A stretch of DNA of 64,000 nucleotides from Myxococcota bacterium (GTDB lineage: Bacteria > Myxococcota_A > UBA796 > CAJQPC01): NCBI GenBank assembly GCA_036229005.1, contig JAZAMN010000052.1:96001-160000 (forward strand), in the 5' to 3' direction. Both the position numbers and the translations under genes were made by a program. The notes beneath the pieces are model-generated. The model was given only the letters and a program-made list of their open reading frames with translations. It did not search any database and was not told the origin of the DNA. This document shows positions 26,352 through 35,297 of the stretch, in pieces (the first letter of the stretch is position 1; every line of letters begins with the position of its first letter).

Positions 26352-27515
26352 ATGTCCACCCCCCGCCGCTGGTTGGCCCGCGTCGCGCTCACCGCGCTCA
26401 GCACCGCGTTGGCTCTGGGCGCCGTCGAGGTCATCGCCCGCCAGCTCGCGCCCCCAGACAGCTTCCGGCTGCAGGAGGCGGAGCAGCGCGACGCGGAGTG
26501 CCTGAGCCCCATGGACGGCCCGGGCTACGCGTGGAAGCCAGGCGCCTGCGGCGCCAACGAGCAGGGCTTCCTGGGACCCGCCGTGGAGACCTCGCCGGCG
26601 GACGGCACGCTGCGCATTGTGCTGCTGGGGGACTCCATCTCAGGAGATGGGCGCTATGGCCGGTGGACCGCAGAGCTCCTCTCCCAAGCCCTGGGCCGCC
26701 CGGTCGAGGTGCTGAACTTTGGGGTCTTTGGCTACAACCCCGACAACGAGCTCGGCATGTGGGAGGCGCTGGCCAGCCGATACAACCCCCACCTGGTGGT
26801 GCATCAGTTCTGCGTGAACGACTACCAGCACACGCCGGTGTTCTACCGCCAGGGCGGCCGGCTGATGTCCGCGGACAACAAGAACGGGCAGCTCCAAGGG
26901 GTGCCCATCGCGCTGTATCAACGCTCGGCCCTGGTGCGCTGGGCCGTGGGGGTGCGGGCGGTGCGACAGAACCGGGTGTCCGTGGCCCCCTTCGACGAGC
27001 GCGCGCAGGGGGTGACCGTGGCCATGACGGCGCTGGACACCAAACTGCGACAGGCCGGAGTCCCCTGGGTGAGCCTGCGCTTCCCCTACCTGGCCGAGCG
27101 CGACGACTGGCGGCCCGAAGACCTGCAGGCCGAGACACATTTTGGTGCACTGCTGGCGGAGCTGGGTGTCCCAGACATCGATCTGGGCCCCCGCTACGCG
27201 GCCTTCGGCCCCGACCGCCTGCTTCAGGACAGCGCGCCAGCGGAGCTTGAGGCCCTGCAGTCCCAGGGCACGCTGGAGGGCCTCAGCCCCCAGGAGGCCG
27301 CCGAGGTTCTTGTATCAGCAAAGCACTACTTCCCGCCCATCGCGCCAAACGGTCAGGTGGATCGCATCCACCCCAACGGCTTCGGCCACTACCTCGCGGC
27401 GCGGGCGCTGACGGACTGGCTGGCCCCCCGCGTGGACACCCTGGCGCCAGGGCTCGCCCCCTACGTGGCCCCCGAAAAGAGCGCGCCCAGAACCCGGACC
27501 CCCGCCTCCCGCTGA
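26352..27515 (+). CDS. SGNH/GDSL hydrolase family protein, membrane anchored
   Basis: LLGDSI (block I), NFGVFGY (II), FCVND (III), DRIHPN (V); N-terminal TM helix. Confidence 0.85.
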   Translation: MSTPRRWLARVALTALSTALALGAVEVIARQLAPPDSFRLQEAEQRDAECLSPMDGPGYAWKPGACGANEQGFLGPAVETSPADGTLRIVLLGDSISGDGRYGRWTAELLSQALGRPVEVLNFGVFGYNPDNELGMWEALASRYNPHLVVHQFCVNDYQHTPVFYRQGGRLMSADNKNGQLQGVPIALYQRSALVRWAVGVRAVRQNRVSVAPFDERAQGVTVAMTALDTKLRQAGVPWVSLRFPYLAERDDWRPEDLQAETHFGALLAELGVPDIDLGPRYAAFGPDRLLQDSAPAELEALQSQGTLEGLSPQEAAEVLVSAKHYFPPIAPNGQVDRIHPNGFGHYLAARALTDWLAPRVDTLAPGLAPYVAPEKSAPRTRTPASR

Positions 27516-27545
27516 AGCACCTTTGGGGGCTGCTTTGCGGGGTGC

Positions 27546-28409
27546 TCAGGGACTGGACTTGGGCGGACCCAGCTCCGTCAGCAGCGCCATCAGGTGGTGC
27601 GCCACCGAGTCTGGGACCTCGGCCACGGGGGTGTGTCCCCAGCCCTCCGGTCGCATCTTCACGGCCTGCGGGGGGAGGTGCTCTTGGTAGAAGGCCAGGT
27701 GTTGGTCCAACAAGATGCGCTCTTCTGTGCCCCAAGCAAAATGTATCGGCATGTGCAGCGAGGACAGGTCAGCCGGCGACAGCATGTCCCGCGGGCCCAG
27801 GCTCTCGACGAGCTGGATCACCGGCTCCACGTCGAACTGGCTGCGGGCCCCCCAGGCGTAGAGCATCCGGGCCTTGGGCGGCTGGGCAAAGCCCATCTCC
27901 ACCAGCTTGATGGCGTCGCGGTAGCCCAGCACGCGGAAGCGGTCTACAAAACCCTTTGCCTGTACCGCGGACATGGGGGCCCCGGCGGGTGAGCTCAGGA
28001 AGAGGCCCCGGACGCGCTCGGGGTGGGCGCAGGCGTAGCGGATGGCCAGGTAGCCACCCAGGGAGTTGCCGAACACCACAGCGGGCTCGGGGACGAGCTG
28101 CTCCATGGCCTGCTGCATGCAGCGGACCACGCGCTGGCCGTTCATCCCCAGGGCGGGGATCTCACTGCGACCGTGCCCGAGCATCTCGGGGAGCACGATG
28201 CGGCTGACGTGGGGCAGCACCCGCTCCACCAGCGGTCGGAAGCCCGTGGCGCTGCCAGACAGCCCATGAAAGAGCACCAGCGTGCCCAGCGCGCCGCCGC
28301 CGTCGCCCACCAGCGCGTGGACCTGGCCGTGATCGGTGGGCAGCATGCGGGACTCCAGCCCCAGCCCCCGGAGGAACTGGAGGTTGACCCAGTCGACGAC
28401 CGTCTTCAC
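27546..28409 (-). CDS. Alpha/beta fold hydrolase
   Basis: FHGLSG, LGHGRS, GNSLGG nucleophile elbow, WGHTP. Confidence 0.88.
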   Translation of the reverse strand: MKTVVDWVNLQFLRGLGLESRMLPTDHGQVHALVGDGGGALGTLVLFHGLSGSATGFRPLVERVLPHVSRIVLPEMLGHGRSEIPALGMNGQRVVRCMQQAMEQLVPEPAVVFGNSLGGYLAIRYACAHPERVRGLFLSSPAGAPMSAVQAKGFVDRFRVLGYRDAIKLVEMGFAQPPKARMLYAWGARSQFDVEPVIQLVESLGPRDMLSPADLSSLHMPIHFAWGTEERILLDQHLAFYQEHLPPQAVKMRPEGWGHTPVAEVPDSVAHHLMALLTELGPPKSSP

Positions 28410-28864
28410 CCCTCTCCCGCCTCCGCTCTACCGCCATCCCCCTGGGCATCCAGCCGCGAGCGCTGCTCCCGGACCCGGTCCAGGAAGATGACGTTTCCAT
28501 CCCGCACGGGGTCGGGTGTGACCAGGCCCATGCGGTGCAGCCCCGCGCACATCAGGCTCTTGAGGACGCGCAGGCTGCTCACCAGGACGAGCACCGCGAT
28601 CAGGGCGGGCAGCTTCCAGTCCAGGCCCTCCACGTTCAGGGTCTGGTAGCGGTAGAGCAGCGTGGCCACCGCGGCGCCCAGGCCCAGGAACACGCTGCCC
28701 CCGAACGCGATGACAAAGCTGCCCTCCATGCGGTCGTGGCGGACGCCGCAGGCCGGGCAGACCTCCTTGACCCCGACCACGCCCTGGAACAGCGCCCCCT
28801 CTCCGCACGCGGGGCAGAGTCCGCGCAGGGCGCGGCCCACGCTCTGGAGGGTCTGTACAGGCAT
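28406..28864 (-). CDS. DUF983-like membrane protein (two CPxCG motifs)
   Basis: ALRGLCPACGEGALF...CPACG followed by two TM helices. Confidence 0.75.
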   Translation of the reverse strand: MPVQTLQSVGRALRGLCPACGEGALFQGVVGVKEVCPACGVRHDRMEGSFVIAFGGSVFLGLGAAVATLLYRYQTLNVEGLDWKLPALIAVLVLVSSLRVLKSLMCAGLHRMGLVTPDPVRDGNVIFLDRVREQRSRLDAQGDGGRAEAGEG

Positions 28865-28941
28865 CGGTGCTCCGATGGGGGGTGCCGGTACATAGAGTAG
28901 GCAAACGCGCCCGGGTTTGCACGAATTGTGGGCGCGCCGCG

Positions 28942-29532
28942 TCAGTCCAGCGCCGGGGGATCCTCCGGGTCATCGGGGATCACCGGGTTCTCGGCGGCGT
29001 GGGTCTTGAAGCGCCGCGTGCGCACGGCCTTGAAGATCAGCGCGGCCGCCCCCAGCCCCGCCGTGATCGCGATGGCCGCGGCGGGATTCTCCTTGGCCAG
29101 CGCCAGCAGCCCCGCGCCGGTCCAGCAGAACACGAACGCGCCAGGCAACAGCCCCACGGCGGTGGTCGCGAAGAAGCGCCGGAAGGGCACGTGCGTCAGC
29201 CCGCAGCCCCAGTTGATGGCCGTGAAGGGGATGACCGGGATCAGCCGCATGAGCGTCAGGGGGCCGGGGCCGCGAGCCTTGTGGGAGAAGGCGTCCAGCG
29301 ACTCCATCCAGCTCTTGGGCAGGAAGCGCTCCAGGGCGTTGCGCCCCAGACGACGGGCCAGCCAATAGGAGATGCTCGCCCCCGTGAGCGCCGCCGACCA
29401 CGCCATCAGCGGCCCCTTCCACGGGCCGTAGGTCGCCCCGATCGCCGCCGCCATGGTCTCGGCGGGCAGAGGCAGCAGCGCCACCCCCACCATGCCCAGC
29501 CAGAGCAGCACCGCGCGCAGGGCAGGAGACAT
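28942..29532 (-). CDS. TVP38/TMEM64 (VTT/DedA) family membrane protein
   Basis: GASISYWLARRLG, MRLIPVIPF..INWGCG, FF..TAVGLLPG. Confidence 0.88.
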   Translation of the reverse strand: MSPALRAVLLWLGMVGVALLPLPAETMAAAIGATYGPWKGPLMAWSAALTGASISYWLARRLGRNALERFLPKSWMESLDAFSHKARGPGPLTLMRLIPVIPFTAINWGCGLTHVPFRRFFATTAVGLLPGAFVFCWTGAGLLALAKENPAAAIAITAGLGAAALIFKAVRTRRFKTHAAENPVIPDDPEDPPALD

Positions 29533-30563
29533 CAGTCGCCCGCCTCGCTGGCTCTCGGGACCCGCACCCACTGCCGGGTGTGGATCTCCAGGGTCTGGAT
29601 GTCGTCGACCACCTCGCCCTGGTGGATGCGGGCGTTGACCTCGGAGATCAGCGCCTCGCTGTAGGGCAGCCCCGAGTCGCTGAGGATGAGGAGGGAGCGC
29701 GTGGTGCGCGCGGAGGCCTGGCTCACCACCGGGAGCTCGGTCTGCCCCCGCACCGCCGCCTGGGACTGCACGGTGTCGGCGAGGGCCTGCTTGAAGCCCT
29801 CGGGGTCCTGCTCGGTGGCTATGGCGACGGCGATGCAGGGCGCTCCCCCACAGTCGCGCTCCCCCAGCACCCGGATCTTGGCGACGCTGGGCATGGGCTC
29901 AGCCCGGGTGGGCAGCACCGTCTCAAAGGCCTGGGTCTGCTCCTGGCCGACCACGTAGTCGCGCCCCAGCACCAGCCCCATGCCCCCCGCCCAGCGGTTC
30001 CGGGCGACCACCCCCTGGACGGCCAGCTCCAGCGCCGGGCCCATCGTCGCGCCCACCTGCTGCGCCAGCTCGGGCCCCTGCTGCGCCTGCAGCTCCTGGA
30101 GCACCACCTGGGCCGCCACCTCGAGCTGCGCCCGCGCGGACTCCGGCTCGTAGGTCCCCAGGTAGTTCCCTCCGCCATCCACCACCCAGGACACCGGGTT
30201 GGCCAGCAGCACGGCGCCCAGACCGAAGCGGTCACCGCGGGCCTCGATGACCTCGCCGGGGGTCGGATCCAGCAGGGTGCGATCGCCCTCCAGGGCCGAG
30301 AGTTGCACCGTGTAGCTGGCGGCCAGGCTCAGCTCCTGCGCATCCTGTCCTCCCGAGCGGTGGCTGCGCTCCAGGCGCTCTTCGATCACAAAGGTCCCCT
30401 GCTGGGGCCAGGAGAAGGGGATGTGGATCGGCTCCCCCTCACCGACCAGCTCACCCATCGGGGCTTGCAGGGGCGGCAACACGGGCAGAGGCTGGAGCCC
30501 CGCCGGCGAGGTCATCTCAGCGGCAGGCTCCTTGGCGGCGCAGGCGAGCAGGAGGGTCAGCAT
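29532..30563 (-). CDS. Hypothetical lipoprotein
   Basis: Short signal MLTLLLAC (lipobox); stop overlaps the VTT gene start. Confidence 0.65.
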   Translation of the reverse strand: MLTLLLACAAKEPAAEMTSPAGLQPLPVLPPLQAPMGELVGEGEPIHIPFSWPQQGTFVIEERLERSHRSGGQDAQELSLAASYTVQLSALEGDRTLLDPTPGEVIEARGDRFGLGAVLLANPVSWVVDGGGNYLGTYEPESARAQLEVAAQVVLQELQAQQGPELAQQVGATMGPALELAVQGVVARNRWAGGMGLVLGRDYVVGQEQTQAFETVLPTRAEPMPSVAKIRVLGERDCGGAPCIAVAIATEQDPEGFKQALADTVQSQAAVRGQTELPVVSQASARTTRSLLILSDSGLPYSEALISEVNARIHQGEVVDDIQTLEIHTRQWVRVPRASEAGD

Positions 30564-30691
30564 GGGCCCCTGGTATCGGATGAAAGGCTGGCGCAACAGG
30601 ATCCACACAGAGTCGCCTCGATCCTTGTGTGAGCATGTACTTGGGCGCGGCGGCCCTTCATCCGATCCCTGGCGCAGGAGTTGCACACACC

Positions 30692-31306
30692 ATGATCTGG
30701 CTCTTGCTCGGTATCCAAGGCTCGGACGTCAAGAACGCGGCCACCGCGTGGGTCACGCACCACAACGCCGCCATCGGACACCTGGAACAGGGGGAGCCCC
30801 AAGCTGCCCTCCAGGAGGCCCGCACCGCCGTGGCGATGGCCCCCGACACCCGCCAGAAGTCCGCGCTGGAGATCTGGGCCATCTCGGCCTCCGCCGCCGG
30901 CGCGATCGAAGACGAGTGCAACGCTCTGGACCGGCTCTCCACCTACGACAAGGTCAAGTGGGAGCTGTACTGGAACGGCGCGCTGGACGCGCAGGCCAAC
31001 CAGATGTGGGCCAGCGCCTACCGCTTCGCCGTGATCGCCTGGGAGCGCAGCGAAGACAAGGAGGCCACCGCGCCGCTGGCCTTCTCCACCGCCATGCAGG
31101 TGGGCCAGTGGGACATGGCGCTCGCCACGATCCAGGACTTCGAGAACCCCCTGGCCGAGAAGGACCTGACCCTGGCGCTGGCGGACGCCGGCCAGTGTGA
31201 GGCCGCCTGGGCGAGACAGGCCGACATCGCCTGCACCCCCGCCCCTCCGCCGCTGCCCCCCGTGGTGTACGTGGAGCCGGAGCAGGGCAAGCGCCGCCGC
31301 CGCTGA
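30692..31306 (+). CDS. Hypothetical TPR-like helical protein
   Basis: AGGAG SD before ATG 30692; HNAAIGHLEQGEPQAALQEARTAVAMAP is TPR-like. Confidence 0.55.
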   Translation: MIWLLLGIQGSDVKNAATAWVTHHNAAIGHLEQGEPQAALQEARTAVAMAPDTRQKSALEIWAISASAAGAIEDECNALDRLSTYDKVKWELYWNGALDAQANQMWASAYRFAVIAWERSEDKEATAPLAFSTAMQVGQWDMALATIQDFENPLAEKDLTLALADAGQCEAAWARQADIACTPAPPPLPPVVYVEPEQGKRRRR

Positions 31307-31360
31307 GGCCTCCGCCGGCAAGAAGGCAAGGCCCCGGGTTGCCGGGCGCTTCGCCGGAAG

Positions 31361-31385
31361 GTAAGTGAAAGTGACTATCACTTAC
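31361..31385. promoter_or_regulatory. Palindromic operator-like site
   Basis: GTAAGTGAaagtgactaTCACTTAC: 22 of 25 positions self-complementary, AT-rich, upstream of the methyltransferase. Confidence 0.6.
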
Positions 31386-31453
31386 AAGATAAGCGCTCAT
31401 GCAGCTCCGCCTCTCTGGGCGGCAGCGAAAGCAGAGGCGCCGGGAGGTGAGAG

Positions 31454-32299
31454 ATGTCCAAGGTCCAAGTCGCGCTCGGTCCCGTCCAGGAGACCCTGAT
31501 GATTCCCCTGCTGGGTCGGGCCGAAGAGAGCCTCAAGCCCGGCGGGCTCATCCAGGACGACAAGGCCGTGGAGATGGTCGCCAAGCTGGACTACGACTTC
31601 TCCAAGTGGCGGGGGATCCGCTCGCTGGCCGGCGCCTGTGTGCGCGCGCGCATGGTGGACGAAGAGGTCCTGGCCTTCCTGGAGCGCCACCCCGCCGGCA
31701 GCGTGGTGGAGATCGGCGCGGGCCTGAACACCCGCTTTGAGCGCCTGGACAACGGCACGGCCCGCTGGCTGGAGATCGACCTTCCCGACACCATGGCCCT
31801 GCGGCGACGCTTCTTCCAGGACACCGAGCGACGCACCCTGCTCGCGGCCAGCGCCGTGGAGACCGACTGGCTGGAGCAGGTCGACGCGCTCCCCAAGCCG
31901 GTATGCTTTGTCTCCGAGGCGGTCATCATCTACATCGACGGCCCCAAGGTCGAAGCGCTGCTGGAGCGCCTGGCCGCCCGCTACCCCGGCGGCTGGCTGA
32001 TCACCGACACCTGCGACACCCCCATGCGGGACAACCAGGACAAGCACGACGCCATGCAGAAGCTGTCGCCGGACGCGTGGTTCCGCTGGGCCTGCGACCG
32101 CCCCGCCGACCTGGAGCGCCTGGGCATGCGCCTGGACCGCAGCCGCAGCTTCATGGACGCCCCCGCCGAGTTCGTCTCAGGCATGCCCCCCCTCTACAAG
32201 TGGGTGTTCCGCCTGGCCCCCTGGCTGATCCGCAGCAAGGTCGAGGGCTACCGGATCAACCGCTTTTGCCTGCTGGGGTCACCGGCGAGCGCCGCATGA
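31454..32299 (+). CDS. Class I SAM-dependent methyltransferase (TcmP/LCM-like)
   Basis: VQETLMIPLLGRA, VVEIGAGLNTRFERL, EIDLPD, SEAVIIY. Confidence 0.88.
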   Translation: MSKVQVALGPVQETLMIPLLGRAEESLKPGGLIQDDKAVEMVAKLDYDFSKWRGIRSLAGACVRARMVDEEVLAFLERHPAGSVVEIGAGLNTRFERLDNGTARWLEIDLPDTMALRRRFFQDTERRTLLAASAVETDWLEQVDALPKPVCFVSEAVIIYIDGPKVEALLERLAARYPGGWLITDTCDTPMRDNQDKHDAMQKLSPDAWFRWACDRPADLERLGMRLDRSRSFMDAPAEFVSGMPPLYKWVFRLAPWLIRSKVEGYRINRFCLLGSPASAA

Positions 32300-32338
32300 G
32301 CCACACCGGTGGCGCTGCGCTCCGGGCTGGCCCATCCG

Positions 32339-32953
32339 CTACTCCACATCCCAGTCCATCGACAAGCTCACGCTGCCATCACAGTCCTCGACCGCGCTGG
32401 AGCAGCCCTCGCGCCACTCAAAGGGCACCTCGGGCAGGGACAGGCTGCCGCTGCCGGGGCCGGTGATCTCGACGGTGGAGTCGGCCAGCAGCTCCTCCAG
32501 GCCGGCGGTGGGCAGGGCCACGCGACCGCCCCAGCGGGTCTCGTCCAGGTCGGCGTCGTCGTACTGGAGCTCCCAGGCCAGCTCGGCGCCGGCCTCGGTG
32601 AAGGTCCAGACCTCGCCCTCGGGGGGCGGCGCGGACAGGCGCAGGTAGACGTCCAGCTCGGCCTCGGCCATGGGGGCGTCGTCCAGGGTGACGGGGGCGC
32701 AGAAGCGCAGGGTGTAGGCGGGCCAGGCGTCCGCGCGCAGGTCCTGAACCCAGCCGGCGCTCTGGCCGGCGGCGCCGTCGCACAGCGTGCCGGTGTCCTC
32801 GAACGCGGTGGCCTCGCTGAGGTCCTCGCTCCCGTCCAGGGTCCAGGTCCCCGCAGGGGCTGGGTCGTCCCCAGCGGTCAGAGCGGTGGAGAGCGATCCC
32901 TGGGAGTACAGGTCTCCTCCTCCACAGGCGATCAGGCTGAGCAGCAGCGACAT
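32339..32953 (-). CDS. Hypothetical acidic lipoprotein
   Basis: MSLLLSLIAC lipobox; GAGG SD upstream. Confidence 0.6.
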   Translation of the reverse strand: MSLLLSLIACGGGDLYSQGSLSTALTAGDDPAPAGTWTLDGSEDLSEATAFEDTGTLCDGAAGQSAGWVQDLRADAWPAYTLRFCAPVTLDDAPMAEAELDVYLRLSAPPPEGEVWTFTEAGAELAWELQYDDADLDETRWGGRVALPTAGLEELLADSTVEITGPGSGSLSLPEVPFEWREGCSSAVEDCDGSVSLSMDWDVE

Positions 32954-33012
32954 GGGGCCTCCTCGGAGCAGCACTCTATCCGGCTGCCTGGCACTGGGCG
33001 TACACTCCGGCG

Positions 33013-34830
33013 ATGTCCAAGCTCGATCCTGGCCTCGGTCGCCTCGGCAACTTCCTCTACTACGGCGGGCTGCTGCTCTTCCCGGCGGCCCTGGGCTCCG
33101 TGGTGGGCTTCTACGCGGCCGACCAGGGCGTGCACTGGCTGCCCAACTTCATCGGCGGCGTGCTCGCGCTCTCGGTGCTGTCCATGGTCATGGTCATGCT
33201 GGGCCGCTGGCTGCGCGGACGGCTCTTCTCCCTGAGCGAGAACGGGCAGGTGCTCTCCCGGCGCTTCCTGCTGGCCATGGTGCTGGCGATCCTGGGGCTG
33301 GGCATGCGCCTGTGGGTGCACCAGAGCCAGGACACGAGCCCGCTGACCGACCTGGAGAGCGCAGCCTTCGAGGAGGCCTGGCGCACCGACCTGGGCCGCT
33401 ACGAGGAGTACGAGCGCGGGATGGAGCTCACCCTGCTGGAGCTGGAAGCCCACCCCATGTTCCGAGAGGGCGACCGGGTCCTCAGCGCCGACGAAGAGGC
33501 CCTGCTGCTCCAGGCCTGGCGGCAGCTCTACGACTACAGCTTCGGCCTGGACCAGGTGCGGCAGTTCTACGAGGACTGGTACCGCTTCGACCCCAGCCGG
33601 GCCCAGCGCAGCTACCACCTGCGCAGCTTCCTGCTGATGTACCTCAGCGAGCTCGCGCTCTACGAGAAGAGCACCCGCTTTGCCCGCTTGATCCTGCAGA
33701 ACCGCGACGCCCAGCGCTACCTGGACAGCGCCCACCCCGAGCTGGGCATGGGTGAGGACAGCTTCGCCAGCTACCGCGCCCAGCTCCACGGGACCGAGCC
33801 CACCTCGCGCATCCTGGCCCTCAAGCGCTACCGCGACTTCCTGCTGGGGCCGCTGCACGCCCGCCGGGACACGGACGCAGTGGGGCTGAGCTGGACCTGG
33901 GAGCGCATCGAGGCCCACCGCGCGACCATCAACTCCGTCGCCCCTCTGCAGCGCGGCGAGCTGTCCCTGCGAGGAGACGTGCGCCTGGTCCAGCGCAAGC
34001 TGCGACACACCTGGTACCCGGCCCAGTCCGGGGTGGCCGAGTGGTTCGGGGACACCCGCCGCCGCCGCATCGGCTGGTACCTCATCACCCCCGAGCAGGT
34101 CGCCGAGATCGACCCCGAGCTCAACCCCGGCGACGTTCTGGTCAGCCGCAAGAACTGGTACCTGTCCAACGTCGGCCTGCCCGGCTTCTGGCCCCACGCG
34201 CTGATCTACCTGGGGGAGCCCGACAAGCTGGTCGCCTTCTTCGACGACCCCGAGGTCGACGCCTGGGTGCTGGAGCAGACGGGCCAGGACATCGGCTTTG
34301 ACGCCTACATGGCCCAGGCCCACCCCCAGGCCTGGCGCGCCTACGTGCTGGGCGACGGCAGCGTGCACCCCTACCGGGTGATCGAGGCCACCAGCGAGGG
34401 CATCGGCTTCTCCACCCTGGAGCACGCCGCCGGGGACTACCTGGGGGCCATGCGGCCGCGCCTGGACAAGGTCGCCCTGGCGCAGTCCGTGGACGCCGCC
34501 TTCTCCCACTACGCCAAGCCCTACGACTACGACTTCGACTTCGCCACCGACCACACCCTGGTGTGCACCGAGCTGGTCTGGCGGGCCCTGCGTCCGGGCG
34601 AGGGCAAGGACGGCGTGGACTGGGAGATGGTGCAGGTCGCCGGCCGCCGCACCCTCCCCGCGAACGACCTGGTGGCGCAGGCCGCGCAGGCCGTTGGAAC
34701 CCCCGAGCAGCAGCTCGACTTTGTGCTCTTCCTGGACGCCCGCGAGCGCCAGGACGTGGCGGTCCGCTCCACCGAGGCGGCCTTCTGGGAGAGCTGGCAG
34801 AGGGTGAAGTGGGACATGGCGCAGGAATGA
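33013..34830 (+). CDS. Membrane-anchored permuted NlpC/P60 (YiiX/YebB-like) cysteine hydrolase
   Basis: Three N-terminal TM helices; LNPGDVLV, FWPHALIY (His), VIEA, KPYDYDFDF...LVCTELV (Cys after His, i.e. permuted order). Confidence 0.82.
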   Translation: MSKLDPGLGRLGNFLYYGGLLLFPAALGSVVGFYAADQGVHWLPNFIGGVLALSVLSMVMVMLGRWLRGRLFSLSENGQVLSRRFLLAMVLAILGLGMRLWVHQSQDTSPLTDLESAAFEEAWRTDLGRYEEYERGMELTLLELEAHPMFREGDRVLSADEEALLLQAWRQLYDYSFGLDQVRQFYEDWYRFDPSRAQRSYHLRSFLLMYLSELALYEKSTRFARLILQNRDAQRYLDSAHPELGMGEDSFASYRAQLHGTEPTSRILALKRYRDFLLGPLHARRDTDAVGLSWTWERIEAHRATINSVAPLQRGELSLRGDVRLVQRKLRHTWYPAQSGVAEWFGDTRRRRIGWYLITPEQVAEIDPELNPGDVLVSRKNWYLSNVGLPGFWPHALIYLGEPDKLVAFFDDPEVDAWVLEQTGQDIGFDAYMAQAHPQAWRAYVLGDGSVHPYRVIEATSEGIGFSTLEHAAGDYLGAMRPRLDKVALAQSVDAAFSHYAKPYDYDFDFATDHTLVCTELVWRALRPGEGKDGVDWEMVQVAGRRTLPANDLVAQAAQAVGTPEQQLDFVLFLDARERQDVAVRSTEAAFWESWQRVKWDMAQE

Positions 34831-34981
34831 TCCCGGCCCCACCACGATACACCCATCCACCCGAAACCATTAACAAAACCAGAACCCAAACGAGGTCACG
34901 CGGGTTCAGAGAATCGTGAGGTGCTCGCCCGTACCTTGTTCATGCACCCCGCGGTGGGGTGCGGTCCATCAGGAGTCCGAC

Positions 34982-35254
34982 ATGAACAAGCGCATCCCCC
35001 TCTTTGCCCTGATCCTGGGAGCCGCCGGCGCGGCCTCCGTCGCCATGGCCCAGGACGCGCCCCCCGAGCGCCGCGGCCCGCCCCCGGAGGCCCTGGAGGC
35101 CTGCGCGGAGCTCAGCGCGGGCGACGCCTGCACGGTCGACGGCCCCCGCGGCACCGCCGAGGGCACCTGCGAGGCGCCCCCCGACCGCAGCGACGCCGAG
35201 CTGGCCTGCCGCCCCGACGACATGGGTCCTCCCCCCGAACATCCCGAGGAGTAG
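34982..35254 (+). CDS. Small secreted four-cysteine protein
   Basis: AGGAG SD, signal peptide, GPPPEALEAC...GDAC...EGTC...LAC. Confidence 0.75.
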   Translation: MNKRIPLFALILGAAGAASVAMAQDAPPERRGPPPEALEACAELSAGDACTVDGPRGTAEGTCEAPPDRSDAELACRPDDMGPPPEHPEE

Positions 35255-35297
35255 CGGCCCGCATCCATGGCGTATCCTCTGCCTCTGGAGGACGGAT

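Noticed and set aside
30670..30685. Sigma54-like motif TGGCGCAGGAGTTGCA
   Set aside because: The predicted transcription start would fall at or after the ATG at 30692, and the motif contains the likely SD, so it is probably coincidental unless the true start is downstream
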